Shown here piece by piece: positions 1-13,303 of a DNA stretch of 64,000 nucleotides (the first letter of the stretch is position 1; each line of letters opens with the position of its first letter). A program made the translations under genes and the position numbers. Under the pieces are notes generated by a model. That model was given only the letters and a program-made list of their open reading frames with translations, was not told where the DNA came from and searched no databases. Source of the DNA: Zancudomyces culisetae HAW-14-8 (lineage: Eukaryota; Fungi; Kickxellomycota); the NCBI GenBank assembly GCA_052426225.1, contig JBNJNM010000010.1, positions 558,001-622,000 on the forward strand. Direction: 5' to 3'.

Positions 1-944
1 TTAATTTCTACTGCAGATAGCCGTGGAGGCTGTTCTTCTGAGGCCTTCGTCGTAGGATTATTCAAGACATCACCACCACTTTCCTGTGTCTGTACATTTG
101 AAGGTGTTTCGGGACTACTACCAGGATTCAAATCGGTACTAGAGCTATTGTCGACCACACTATCACTGGCTGACGAAATCACCTCGGTTTCGCTTTTGTG
201 GCTTTTAACTATTGGTTTTAGCTCCTGGCCGTTCAAAAACGGGATATCAACAATATCCGCCTGTTTTCTTCTTTTTATCAAAACACCAGCAGCAAATCCA
301 TTAATTGAGCCGAGCGCACCACCGTTGTTTGTTGTTGACCCCAAAGAACTAGATATGCCGCGCACACGTTTAGCCTTGGCCTCTCCTTGCTGAGCGCACT
401 TTTCCCTTGCTGCCTTTAATCTTTCAATAAAATTCTTTGAAAATTCGGTAAGTTCCTTGTATTTTTGCTCATTCTTCAGTTGAGTAGGACCGAAAGACCG
501 CATTACTATTTTTTCAATCAACTTTTTTTCTTGATCATTTAAAAATTCTTTTTTCGGTAGTGCTGGATCTGCGATTTTGTCTTGAACTTGTACTTCAGGC
601 AAGTTTTTGTCTTGTTGTTGTATTTGTTGAAGCTCTTGAGACTCTTGGCGTTGATCTTCTTCGCTAATTTCTGTGACTAGCGGCACTGAGATCGTAGGCG
701 ACGCTTGTGTTGCTGCTAAATACTCATTTACCGATTCTTCACCACTTGAGATTACATAATAGTCACTATATTCACTTTCTTGTCGTTTTTGTACGTCTCT
801 GTTGACATTGTCAAGGTCGTCTTTCAGAGCTTGTGATAAAAATGGCGATTTCAACTTTGTGCTGCCAGTATGTACTGAATGGCTTATTTTGGAAGGTCGA
901 TGCTCAAAGGTTAAATTTACACCGCTTACGGAGATAACTGGCAT
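1..944 (-). CDS. Hypothetical protein, 5' part (runs off the window start)
   Basis: ATG at 944-942 opens an uninterrupted frame (MPVISVSGVNLTFEHRPSKISHSVHTGSTKLKSPFLSQALKDDLDNV...) of over 300 codons to position 1. It is Q/E/S-rich with no recognised domain, and is missing from the ORF track because no stop falls inside the window. Confidence 0.7.
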   Translation of the reverse strand, partial: MPVISVSGVNLTFEHRPSKISHSVHTGSTKLKSPFLSQALKDDLDNVNRDVQKRQESEYSDYYVISSGEESVNEYLAATQASPTISVPLVTEISEEDQRQESQELQQIQQQDKNLPEVQVQDKIADPALPKKEFLNDQEKKLIEKIVMRSFGPTQLKNEQKYKELTEFSKNFIERLKAAREKCAQQGEAKAKRVRGISSSLGSTTNNGGALGSINGFAAGVLIKRRKQADIVDIPFLNGQELKPIVKSHKSETEVISSASDSVVDNSSSTDLNPGSSPETPSNVQTQESGGDVLNNPTTKASEEQPPRLSAVEI

Positions 945-2736
945 TTTTAAAAATCGTATGTATAATTATGCGTTTATTTTATTGCTTGTATTCTTCTCGA
1001 TAATGAGACCTGATGCTAGTTCGTGCAAAATTTCCCCCTGTTATGTGTTTAGTTTGTTGAAAGTGATTAATAAAAAAAAGGATAGTTTATTTTTTACAAT
1101 GTGAATGTTTCTATGCCTTACTACCTTTACTATTCTTATTGCATGTGGAAAATTTGGAAGAAGGGATTTGAGGTTTAAGGTTACAAAAGTATGAAAATAT
1201 AAAAAGATTGACAATTGTAGGCTGAGCGGAAACGTTAATCTAGTTTTAGTGGCTGTCCCTTTTTTTCCTGAAAGTTTTTTTGGGGGGTCTTGAGTTCCAC
1301 AGAATTAACCAATTTATCAAACTTCAGGTGTTCAATTGAATTCAACCAAACTAATTAAATTTCTCTTTGGAATATCCCATTTGCTCACAGAAATTAAAAG
1401 TTATAATTAGAAAAGGTCTTGTGCTGAAATGGCCAGGGAATTGCAGGTTCGTTTTTTATTCCTTATGTAATTGAGTAGTTTTATAAGTGAGAAAGTTCAC
1501 CCAGATATTTTTAGTAGCAATTAATTATGTTATCGTGTTCTAGTTTCGTGTAAATGGTGCTAAGTAGATTTAGCTTTTTAGGAACTGGGATATTTGCCTG
1601 AACACCAATTCTGGAGAATCAAAGCAGCGGGACAAAAAGGCAATTTATGTGCAAAATCCAGTGGAAATCTCTAGAAAGTTCATGGAAAAATCCCATCATT
1701 CTGTGGAAGCTAATGTATTTCAATGGTAGAAAATCCAACCAAACAAACAAACAGGTAATTGGAAAAAGACAAACAAATACCAACACACCCTCAAGTAAAC
1801 AAACACAAGAAAACAACACAAATGCTAGCGGAATGATTTGTTCCGTAGGCAGAATATGCACTGTAAACTGCTTTTTGCGCATTCAAATGTTGATTTTGCT
1901 TCATGATGTTACTCTTCCCTTTCCCATCAACATTGTTGATTGGAAAAAGATGTTATAAACAAAGAAAAAAATGCACTGGCAGACCAGAAAAAGAACAGCA
2001 ACATAGGTTACTGCGTTGTTTACAAAGGGGTACGCACCATACATAGATTGCGAGTTAGCTCTATAGAAAAAAAGACGCCTGAAACTGGGCTACTAGCAGT
2101 TGGGGTAATGGGCATAGCACTCTAGTCAATTCTATACTACTCTTCCCCTCCTTTTTGGCCTGTAAGTGGTATAACCCCGCATACTTTGTGTTTTTTGCGA
2201 ATATTGCTCAGACATGATTTGAGGTATACCCTTCAGTCTCTGGTACTGAACATTTACTTAGTCCAGAAACTGCGTACACCAACAACAACATTACTGTAAT
2301 GAGAGATTCGTCTGGCTCAGCTCGCTTCACAAAACATCATTTCTTGGGCTTTTATTGCAAGCTGCTAAAATATCAATGGTTTTTATGATGTCAAAGTACC
2401 ATGAGAATTGGTACACAATTAAATAGTCTAGTATTGTTATTCCCTAACTCTACTTTGGTATTAGTTAAAAATATCATAGCTATTGTGACTCCCGCCTATT
2501 ACAATATGACCTTAACCTTAACCCTCACCTTGCATTTTTTCCCTCATGTTTCTCCCCTCTATCCAAAAAAAAAACCTTCATCAACAAAGTTGAAAGTATG
2601 TAAAAATAAAACAGAAATAAAGCATCAAAAGGTGAACAAATAATACATTTCGCAAACATGGGATTTCAGGTAAGAGTAGGGCTAGAGCCTGGTCAGCATA
2701 TACTCCAAATATCAGAGAGTGTGTGAAAAAAAGTAT

Positions 2737-5700
2737 TCAAAACTGCCACCATTTTTTATTTGCCTGTTTCTGGTTATAAGCCTTTATATCACCTAAAAAT
2801 GAGTGTGCAGCATTACTCATCTTATTTACAGAATCCCCAAGGTTTGCTAGCTTTTCACCCCTTTCCTTAAGTTTTTCATTAGCTTCTAAAAAGGCATTTC
2901 CGCTTAGCCTATATGAGTGCATAACTTCTCTTTCGTTGGAGTGCTGGGTATGGTCTGTAACAGCATTTAGCGATACGCTAATGGCACCACTGACACTGGA
3001 ATTTTCGCTACCTCCTGAAGTTGTGGTAGTTGATCTGCGCGTTGGCAGGGTATATCCTGGTTTTAAGAGGTTTCTCGCATCAAGCCCCACTATAGCATCA
3101 AGGAAAAAATATAAGTTATCGGCTGTGGCTATAAAACAACTTTAAATGGGATAAACAGACAGTAAAGCAGCTACTGAAAGAAAAAAACTTACATATTTCA
3201 TCAATTTTTTCAGTCTTGGCAGGTTTGTTCCAGAACCACTTGGGTTGAGCACAGTCTTGAGTAGGTGAGGTCACTGATTTTAGTTCTGGTGAAATAGCTG
3301 AAAAATCATAAACAAGACAGCCCCGAGATCCATGACTATCATTGGAAAATAATGAGTACATCACTACGTTTCCGGTATACAGCTTAAAAAAGAGTGAACC
3401 ATCACTATTCAAAGTGAGAGAATGCATATCAATCTGAGGGTGTAGAGGAATGCTGGTATTTACCAGTAAATCCAATTTCGGTAGTGAAAAGACAAATATC
3501 GCCCGATCAACATTTATGCAAATCAGCACGCTAAACCTGTTTTCGATAGTAACGATTTTTGACAAAATAATTGAAGAACTTTTGAAAGCACTGGTGCTCA
3601 GACTATATTTTACTGTACCCTTGCAGTTTTTATATATGCTGATTCCATTTTCAGATGTTACTACTATGTATACACACTCTAAGTTACTATCTATATTTGA
3701 AGATATGTTCTGTGGTGAGCCTTTCGCATTGCAGTTCGGTGATAAGCCAGCAATATCCGCACCGATTTCGTATAATTTTGGTATGCTAGTTATATCTACT
3801 ATAGGGCCCTGTCCAACGGATATTGTTTTTTCTACCCCAACCCCATCGATCATAGAAAAATAAAGTAAAGATCCATTGTTTGTTCCAGCAATTACCACTT
3901 TAGAAAATGTACCATCTTGTTTCACCTTCGCAACAGTGGTATGGAATGCTGAAAAGGTCACGCCAACACTGTTCTTGATTTTTGGATCGACCTTTTCTTT
4001 TAGACTAGTTGAATATCCGGCTATACATATAACGGCTTTAATTAATTATTTCTTACATATACTAGCCTTTCGTAAATATATTTCAGGAAACGTCAAAATA
4101 AAATAAAATAAAAAGTGGGACTTACATCCAACCCTGTGAATATATTCAAGGGCACAGCTTATTGGATTGACAATAAAAAGCAAACCTTGTGAGTTACCAG
4201 CTATAACTTTTCCATCATCAGTAACTAAAATACTGGAAATCTCAGAGCCGTGGATCCTGGCATGAAAAAAGGGTATTATATGAAACATTGACTGTGTACT
4301 TGTATCAACTTTTATAAACCTCATATTACTCTCGTAAGATTCCAAACTCGCTTCCATGTCAGATAATTTTGCCCATTCTAGTTTGCTCTGCCTTTTAAGG
4401 GATATTGAAAACCGTTTTTTGTCCGAAACGCGTGTATCCTTCAAGCAGCGTTTGGGGCTATTATCATGTGTAGTGCTACTTACTACGCTTTGTTCGAAAG
4501 TATCTTCAAAGTATTGCTTGATAGGACTTTTTTTGGCGGTAGCGGCACTTCCTTTACTTACACTGCCATCATTCTGACCGAGATTCAACATTGCTGTTTT
4601 CACAAACTTGGGGTTATTCAGCACATTTTCTGGAAGAGCTTTCCCCAAGTAACATACTAACAGATCGCCGCTAGCACACCCTAATGCAAGTATTCTACTA
4701 TTGGTGTTTATAAATACTGATGTTACAATAAATGGAACACCAAATGTTTCAAATAATACACTAAAATTTGTTTCTGTTCCCGCAATTGCATAGGGGTTAG
4801 GTGGGTACATATCCCATAGTGAAACTACACCGCCAGAATCCACAGTAACAGCAATATTTCCGTATGTGTGGCATTTTTCACGATTTTTCCGCATGCTTTC
4901 CAGGGTTTTATTATTCCCTTTATCCTCAGGTACTCCCCCCGAAATAAACTCCGAGTATTCTAGAGACTCCTTGCTTCTCTCTTCTATCATTTGCAAGAAA
5001 CCATTATTGGTGATGGGAAACACAAATTTTCCTACAGGCCTCCCCCCGTTCCATTGTAGTGAGAATGGCTTATAGATGTTTTCTACATAACTTTCTTTCT
5101 GAAATAGTGTCCCCTGGATAATCCGTAACAATTTGACCGACCCATCTCCAAAGACCACTGCCACTACCTTTTTTTCATTATACATTATTATCTCCAGTCC
5201 TATTATCTCCTGCTCAAACTGCACTAATCGTTGCTCTCCAACAACTTCTTCAAAAAATACAAGTGTATTTCTTTTCCACTGCTCTTCCCCAACAGAAGCA
5301 ACCAAAAATGTGCCCTTGGATCCTCTTACTTTAGAGCACCACATAACATCAGAGTAATATAGTTCGTTTTTGGCACATTTCTCCCGTGTACTATTTTTTG
5401 GATGTATCATACTCCTCAGGGTTCTTTTTTTCGTCGTCTTATCACTGTATGAATACAATATCATGACCCCGTTATCATACATAGAAAAAAACTTTTGGCC
5501 GCATGGACTCCATACAAGGCAAGTGAGATCTCCATCCTCGTTTTCAAACTTGTACTTGTTTTTAACCACTCTGTCTGACAAGGAATATTCCACTATTAAT
5601 CCATCTATGTATCCTACTAAAACTACAAATTTTTTAGCATCAGGGTGGGCCTTGATGTCAATTACCGTTCGACTTGATCCTTTTTCTCTATAATCCACTG

Positions 5701-6313
5701 AAAAATCCGATTTAAGCCCGTTTTCGACATTTATAAAGTATATCCTCCCTGATTCTAGCCCAAGAAAAAACCATGAACTTTTTTCAAAACATCCAACTGT
5801 TTTAATTCGCCCAGAAGCAGTATACGAAAAGCTAAGCCTTTGGTCGTGTGTATCAAATACTGTAACTGTGTCTTCAACATCCACTGCTACTATTATTGGT
5901 TTTCCGTTGCAGAACCGCAGTTGCGTTATTGTTTTTTTAGACTGGACTTGCATATTTTTATATTCACTACATATACAGTTCCTGCCGAATATCGTTATAT
6001 ATCCATTATCCGTGCCAGTAGCAAACACCTTTTGTAATGGGTCAAAGGCAATGGTTGTAACATTCCCAGGCATTCCGAGATCCATACACTACATTTATTT
6101 AATTTTACATATACTTTTTTTAAATATAAAAACTCGCTTTACATCGATAACGCAAGTATTTATACAGGGAGAAAAAAGAAAAGTAATCGAATTTATAGCC
6201 GCACACATGTTTTCTCAACTTACCTCTATGGGTTTGAACAAGGATTTCGAAAATCCTTCTGAAAAGTTGTCTTTTTCCATGATAGAATTATTTTTTACAG
6301 TTTGTTTATGCAT
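2737..6313 (-). CDS. SRO7: Tomosyn/Sro7/Lgl-family WD40 protein with C-terminal R-SNARE-like motif (about 4 exons)
   Basis: ORFs 4046-6085, 3116-3961 and 2737-3090 join through GTAAGT...AG introns (donors near 6223, 4125, 3194). The N-terminal 'TTIAFDPLQKVFATGTDNG' is Sro7/tomosyn-like, and the C-terminus is 'ANEKLKERGEKLANLGDSVNKMSNAAHSF...KKWWQF'. The start codon (6313) is tentative. Confidence 0.85.
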
Positions 6314-9300
6314 TGAATCAAGTTGCTGATTTTCCAAAATCTTATTTTTTCTGTATACTTGTCTCGAAGGCTTTAATTATACATTCCCACCTCCCTTCTA
6401 TATATATCTCTATAATTTCTTGTTGGTGAATTTTCCTCATAGAGCAAAGTCTTTTTTCTATCAATGATATAAAACTAATATTGGATGTGAATATGAATTG
6501 TATTTTGCAAGTTATGTGTCGGACAAACCAATTCAGTTGGCTGTCTTTATCCGAGCCTTTTGACCTAGCAGAATATAATATATCTTTTATTTTATGATAT
6601 AGCTTTAAAAAGCTCACAACTTTTTATTCCTTGTCTATTAATTTGAGTAGTTTTAGTCCTGTACTTGAGTAGTATATATTTTCATTAATTTGAATGTATA
6701 TACACTTTGTTAAGCTCGCACAAGTCCGGTACAAATTGAAATGCATAACATTCAACTCGTACTTACTTTTCGTTTTCTGATTTTATCAGAATTATTTTCT
6801 GTTCTCAATTTCGTTTGTTCGAAATGAAATGCCAGGATATATTTTTTTAGTCGCTTTTTGCTCTTAATAAAAACGCAGATTTCTTGCTTCCGCTTGTTCT
6901 CATCAATATTGTGCTTTTTTAACTCTTTTTTGTTTTCCCAAAGTAATACTTAGTAGGCAACACAAAGAAAACATGAACAATAGATACACCCAACAGTTTT
7001 ATTAGTATTCTTGTTGTTATTACTATTTTATCTATAATTCGCTTTATTTCCTTGTGGTTATATCACTACACCCTTTTTCATTGTATTAAGCTTTGCCCTT
7101 TTTCTCACAATTCGGTGAGCAAATAGAAATTAGAAAACAGAATAAGGTTTACACAATAATTTCGCTGTAATTTTTTTAAAAGCATATTACATTTAAAGCC
7201 CTGTAACCCCAGTTACATAAAAGAAAAAAACAAAACAATGCCATGTCCATTTGCACTATTTTTGTCTCTTGAAGGTCACAAAACGCAACCACCCCCCAAT
7301 CCACAAAGCAAATACTTTGGAAAATATGAAAGGATCCTGCTGTCCCCTTGGCTACCGCAAGTTTTTGACGCTAGAAAAACGATGATGGTGTTTAAAAGCG
7401 AGTGGACGAGGTGGTTATTCGGGTCTCTGGCTAGCTGAAATGCAGTCAACATGACCTTTCTTTTTTCACTCAGTTCTAGTCACTTCACTCAATGATATTC
7501 TCAATCTTAAACGACATTCACTCACATTCTGACCACATGTACTTTAAGTACAATATCTAGGTTGATTTACTACAATAATTTTATCCCCATCCATTTTTAC
7601 AAAACCCAATGGCTATTTAATTAGATTTCGCCAGTTTCCCTTAGTTCTCATCTTTGGTTTGCCTTTTTTTTTAGCATCCAACACAGCTTTAAGAAAAATT
7701 GCAATTGTTTGCCTTGGTAGACTTTTTACTGGATTTGGTCTATCAATGCCTCCAAAGCGATGTAACTATTTTCTAAATGCTTCACGTCTTCCATTGGTTC
7801 GTATATTTACATCAAGCCTACGCTTTGGCTCCACCTATTGTACTGTGTACAACAGTATTATTCGAAACGCTTGATTGCAGTATCAAGCTACATTCATTTC
7901 CAAAAATAAAATTGAGATCAAGCTGAATTCAGTCTCGCTATAGATTGGCTGCCTTTCATACATTCTCCTCTCTCTCATAAGTTAAAGATCATAGTAAAAG
8001 TGACTAATTCACTGCGCTCACTTTCTCTAATGAAAAAGGCTGGGGGTAATTACCAGAAATTTGCTAAAATCACAACTAGCAAAGCGTATCCTAAATATTC
8101 TAAGAGCACAAAAAGACCTGATGAAACACGTCATTCCATGTGGTGTGTGATCTCAGTATCGTAGACACGCTCATACCACTAAAATCATGGTGGCTATTGT
8201 TCAACTGGAGTGTGGCACATTGTTTTTAGTGAGACCATGAAAAATAGAATGATATTGTCACATATTGAACGTTTTTTAGTTTGTCTTATACATGTCTGCT
8301 TAAATACAGAAACCGGCATGTGTATTACCAAAAAGTATTATCATGCCTATTTTTAGACTAAATGGGGACGAACAATCTGTTTTATCGTTTTATTATTACG
8401 TCTTCTGCCTTTTTTTACCTACTGGGTTTGCATAGAGTATCTTATTGCTACAACAAAAATAGTTGGCTTGTAAAGAGGCTAAATATCACTGCCGTTATTC
8501 AAAAACACATTTTTCTTTGCTTTTATCTATGTTTGGTGTTTCGAAATGTCTTTTTATATACTCAATCTATAGCTGAATCCATTTAGCCAACAAGAAAAAG
8601 ACCATCGTATGGATGACTGGCTCAAATAATACTGTTTCAGAAAGATTCAACACAAATTTATTCCATGTTCAAGTCACACGTATAAATTATAGTCTATTTT
8701 GGGCATGCTGGTTGTTTTTGAGTGTTGGAAGGATATACATATCTGTGCTCGTCGATAGCAAATCTTACCCACTAGGCAAACAAATAAACACAATAATAGC
8801 TAAATGGAAGGCGGAAATAAACTCGGATGTTGGGTAGGACTTGCACTTTGGCATCGGTGCTTACAAAACGTAGTAGTTAGTGACTGGGAATCAACGTGTG
8901 AAAAAGTACAGTTAATATGTGAACTCTCTCCCCGCCCCCCTACGGTTTTTTATGGCTTTTTTAGATGGTGAACGTGCGATGCGTTCTAATGGGTAAATAA
9001 TGAGAAGTGAGTTTATTTATTAATTAATCTAATCCTGGAATTAAAAAAAGAATGAGACATGCTACACAATGGTAGTACGCTAACTTAGAACGTGTGTACT
9101 TTTCAAATATGTAGCGAATTGTGATGTGTACATATCATCCTCATACTTTTAACTACCAGAATACCATATATATATATATATGACCACTGATATATCGAGC
9201 TAACTAGAGGTTACGCAAAATATAGCCATATGATTGCGATGACTACTCAAATTTCCACCAAAATTTCTCCCTATTTCTTTTCTTTTCCGGAGATACCCTC

Positions 9301-10656
9301 TATACTTAAACTCAGCACTAAAAAAAATAGGCAGTATTTTGTGAGTAGATCAAGAATTGCACCAAAAAAGAGAACTTAGGATATTCATAGCTCTCCTCCT
9401 CTTCACCATTCCATTCATCAATTGATTAAAGTTATATATACATTCAACGTCTTATAGCAATAGCAATAATATTGAAATAAATAACTATACACTTTGTAAG
9501 GTGTGGAGAAATACAAGTGTATATGTAGTATCCTTATTAGCAGTATACCAACTTTGAACATAAAAATAAATAATGCTTTTCCCACAAAAGGATCGGGTGG
9601 GTGGATTTACTACAAGTAAATTGGGGTAATGGTGAATTTATGTATGGGGGGGGGGGTGAGGAAAAGTATATGAAGATGGGGTGTGTTATTCAAGCAGTCA
9701 TACATTTGTGTAATAAAGTGGGAAGTCTATTTTGCACCAATTATACCCATGTTTATCAGTGTTTGATTGTTTTCGAAAATATATTTCCAGGCTAACCCGT
9801 GACTATCATGGATGTGTAAATGTAAGTATGCGTGTGTCATCACATTGTGAAAATAGTACACTTTATTTACTCTTTTATGCATGCACGCATATATCCAGTT
9901 TGGTTGTACAAGGTACTTTTAAAGGTATATAAGTCCGTGCAATTCTTTACAATGTATAACTATCTTGCATATTATCTAAAACTCTATCGCATTCTCAATC
10001 TTTTCCTGGTCATTTAGCATTACACCATTTGAAGCAAAAAAAAAAAAAGTAAGTAAGATACGAAAAAAGCATTGAGTATGCACCGAGAAGTAGTTCAGTC
10101 ACAAGAGTTGAGTGGTTGTATCCATCTTAATGAAACGAGAAGGATTTATAACCACGAAATACCCTGTCTCATCTGCGAAAGCGCAAAAACTGGCAAATTG
10201 TTTCGTGAAATCAAAAACATTAAAGACAAATCAACACTGACCAGTATTAGCAAATTCAGATCCAAACCAATGTACTCGTCAATAAACTTGGTTAATGGAA
10301 ATGAAAAAGTTAAAAAGCATAAAAAAACCAGACGGTAGCTTCTCAGTCACACTCATTCAGCATATATCAATACAAGACTAATTATTCAAAAATAACTTAA
10401 TCGGACAAATCAAGCAATCAACACTGTATTTGTATGTTGTGTCGGACTCCGAAAAAATACTTGCAATAATCTCAAGTAAAAAGCTTAAATCAGACTATAT
10501 TTTTAATGTTAATATTATTTCGTTTAGCACGGTTCGAAAGAGTTAGAATTATTATATAAGCAGGTATTCGATATTAGGGGTTCTAAATAATAACTAGTTT
10601 AATATAAGCAACATAAATATCTTTTTTAAAAGAAAATCAAGTAAAAAAAATTTTTT

Positions 10657-12360
10657 TTAAGCGGAAATGGACGCTACCTGAGCAGCTGTGTTATCACCAT
10701 TGGGCGAGGTAATAAATTGTCGGAGTCTGGAACAGGCATCATCATCGTAATTTACAGAGAAGTCTTGATGATGAACGATAGATGACACAATGGTATGTTT
10801 CCATTTCCTAACATTGTAGTCCTCAGATTGATTTTTCGCCAACAAATACTCGAACACCGATGAGGAAAGAGATACTTCTCGTTGACCCCACCGGTACAAG
10901 CAGATATTTTTGAGTACAGAAAGACAGGCAATAGTCAACTCGGGAATACCTTGTTTGCAGTTTTTGACAAGGCTTGATAACAAACCACCATTGTCTATCT
11001 GCATGTAGATATTGAAATTAGCATCAGATGTTTCGCCTTGCGGCTCAGATTTTTCAAAGAGGCAAGAAAGAGTTCGTAAACTTTCTAGCTTTACATCACC
11101 AGCACTATATGTACATAGTTCTATCAGCTTGTCTACTGCCTTTTTATCCTCACATAATAGTTTCAGCACAGCTGGATCGGATCCAGAGATACCCATACAC
11201 ACCAACGCATTAATCTTTAAAGTAGTGTCACCCGATTGATCTAGATACTTTTCCAAATAATCCATGTACGGATAGCTTTTGCATAGATCCACAAATGCAC
11301 TCCCACTATATTCCGAAAACCTGGAAAAGGTTTTAAACGCTGACGCCTTAACAAACGATGGATGCTCCGATGCCGGATTCATGAGCTTAGAGATCTCGTC
11401 CAAGACACCTTGCTGTTCCATGTACTTGAATATCGTCAGGCTTTCCCCAAATGACGGAACAAGATCAAGCGCCGCCATGGCTGCTAAGAAATCGGTGGAT
11501 TTCAAGTCTGCGAAAAAGGTATCTATAAATCCTTGATCAATCAAAAACTGTGCCATATCTGCATCTGTGTGAGTGATAGTGTTATCTAGTATTTGATATA
11601 TCCTAAATCTATGCGATGCGTCCCGAGACAAAACATCTTTTATTGCCAAGATTGATTTTTTATCATATACAAACTCTGCACAATAGGAATATTTTGTCAG
11701 GGAAAGCAAAACTTTTAAAGCCAGATTCACGTGTTCTGCGTCTTCCTTCCCTCTTAAACACCGCCAAATGTGACCGGAGTATTCGGTGTTATACTGCCCT
11801 TCAGCCAAAACACAGCGTGTAAATTGCTCTAGCACCATACATTTGACTTCTGGGTGGGGATGCTCCAACCCGCTTGGAATGTACTCATCAAACTTTTCGT
11901 GAATCATGCTCCATGAAACTGGTGCTAAAAGCTTTCCAGTTACTTTTGCAACACTGGAAATAATTTTGTTGTCTGGGAGCGTAAGCAGTGAAAATAGCAC
12001 TGCAAACGAAATTTGGGTCAGCACTGCTTCAAACACATCTAGAAATGGTCCCTCTATTAATATGATAATTAAAGGTATTCACTTTATGTTTTGTGCTTGT
12101 TTCTCTTTTTGTTTTATATTATTTTTTTTTGTCAGGTATTGCTTCAAAACCATAAAGCAAAACGCATATAGTAAAAGAGAGATACATAAAAATGCAGCCT
12201 TACTGTTCAGATGCTCGTATAATTTATCAAACAATTCAACGATTTTTTCAACCAATTCTTCGGTAGTTACTTCCTGTAAGACATTGCAGATCTCTTGAAT
12301 TGTGATTTCGTAATCCTTGAGCTGTGTCTTTTCGTTATTTCCTAATTCGTCGCATTCCAT
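10657..12360 (-). CDS. PSMD5: 26S proteasome base assembly chaperone PSMD5/S5b/Hsm3 (2 exons)
   Basis: HEAT/ARM-like helical protein. 'GLEHPHPEVKCMVLEQF', 'HRFRIYQI' and the C-terminal 'FEYLLAKNQSEDYNVRKWKHTIV...RLRQFI' resemble S5b. Exon 1 starts at ATG 12360, with an intron at about 12203-12054. Confidence 0.75.
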
Positions 12361-13303
12361 TTCAGACTTTTGCTTAATATCATTTAATCTTTATTGCAGT
12401 GATGTTATTGTTTCCAGTATTAACTAGAGTGTTGAAAATATGAATATCATGAAGATAAATATAACATGAAAGGATTTGAATGGGGTAGGCAATAATTTAA
12501 GGTAGAATAATTCCAGCTAAAAAAAACACCAGTACGTAATCTCGCTCGTTCAGCACAGATGATCCAATTAGAAATTCATGCAATTATATTTTGGAATTTG
12601 AATTTTGCCTTTGATTTACTTTTTTTTTTGAGCAGTACAATGGTCAAACACTACAAAAACAAACGTTTTGTAGTAAAAAAAATAATGGAAAAAATGAAAA
12701 AAATGGAAACCCGGAATGAAAAGAAAGGATGTTGTAAATCTATAAATTGGTTGCAATATACAGGTTGATTAAATAGTGAAGAGAGAGGATATACTTTAGC
12801 TTACCAATTCTACAGCATAGATGAGTGGAAAAAAAGGAATCAGCGTGCTGACGAATAGTGCTTTCGCTATATCAAACTAAATACATCTAAACAATTGTAG
12901 GAAATATGTAAATATAACAATTCTATTCACTGGTATGCTGTGCTCTAATGAGGTAGCAATACAACCGAGTCTGGGTGCTGCGTAAACATGCATCCCCAGT
13001 TGTGGTTCCTTTAATTTGGCCAGGATAGGAGGCGGATGTTGTCTGATTGTGACAGCTGTAGCTGAAAATCGCAATGATTTTTTTTTTAAACTGACTTGAC
13101 TTGTGATATGATTGGCAACTAAAAAAAAAATTTTTTTTATGCTACAATATTTAAATCTAAGAAAGAAATTAAACGCAACGCTAGTAACTTGATGTAAACA
13201 ACAGAAAGACAAAGTGTATAAATGATGTATATTAGATAAAATGTGGACGGATAAAGATAGGCGGAGAAAATGAAAAGACACTGTAAAGAGTAGAGATAAA
13301 AAA

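Noticed and set aside
10140-10350. RNase MRP-like GAAATACCC...GAAAG loop...GGTAGCTTC
   Set aside because: The P4 consensus (GAAAGuCCCC/GGGGCUYA) is not met and the interior is A-rich and unstructured.
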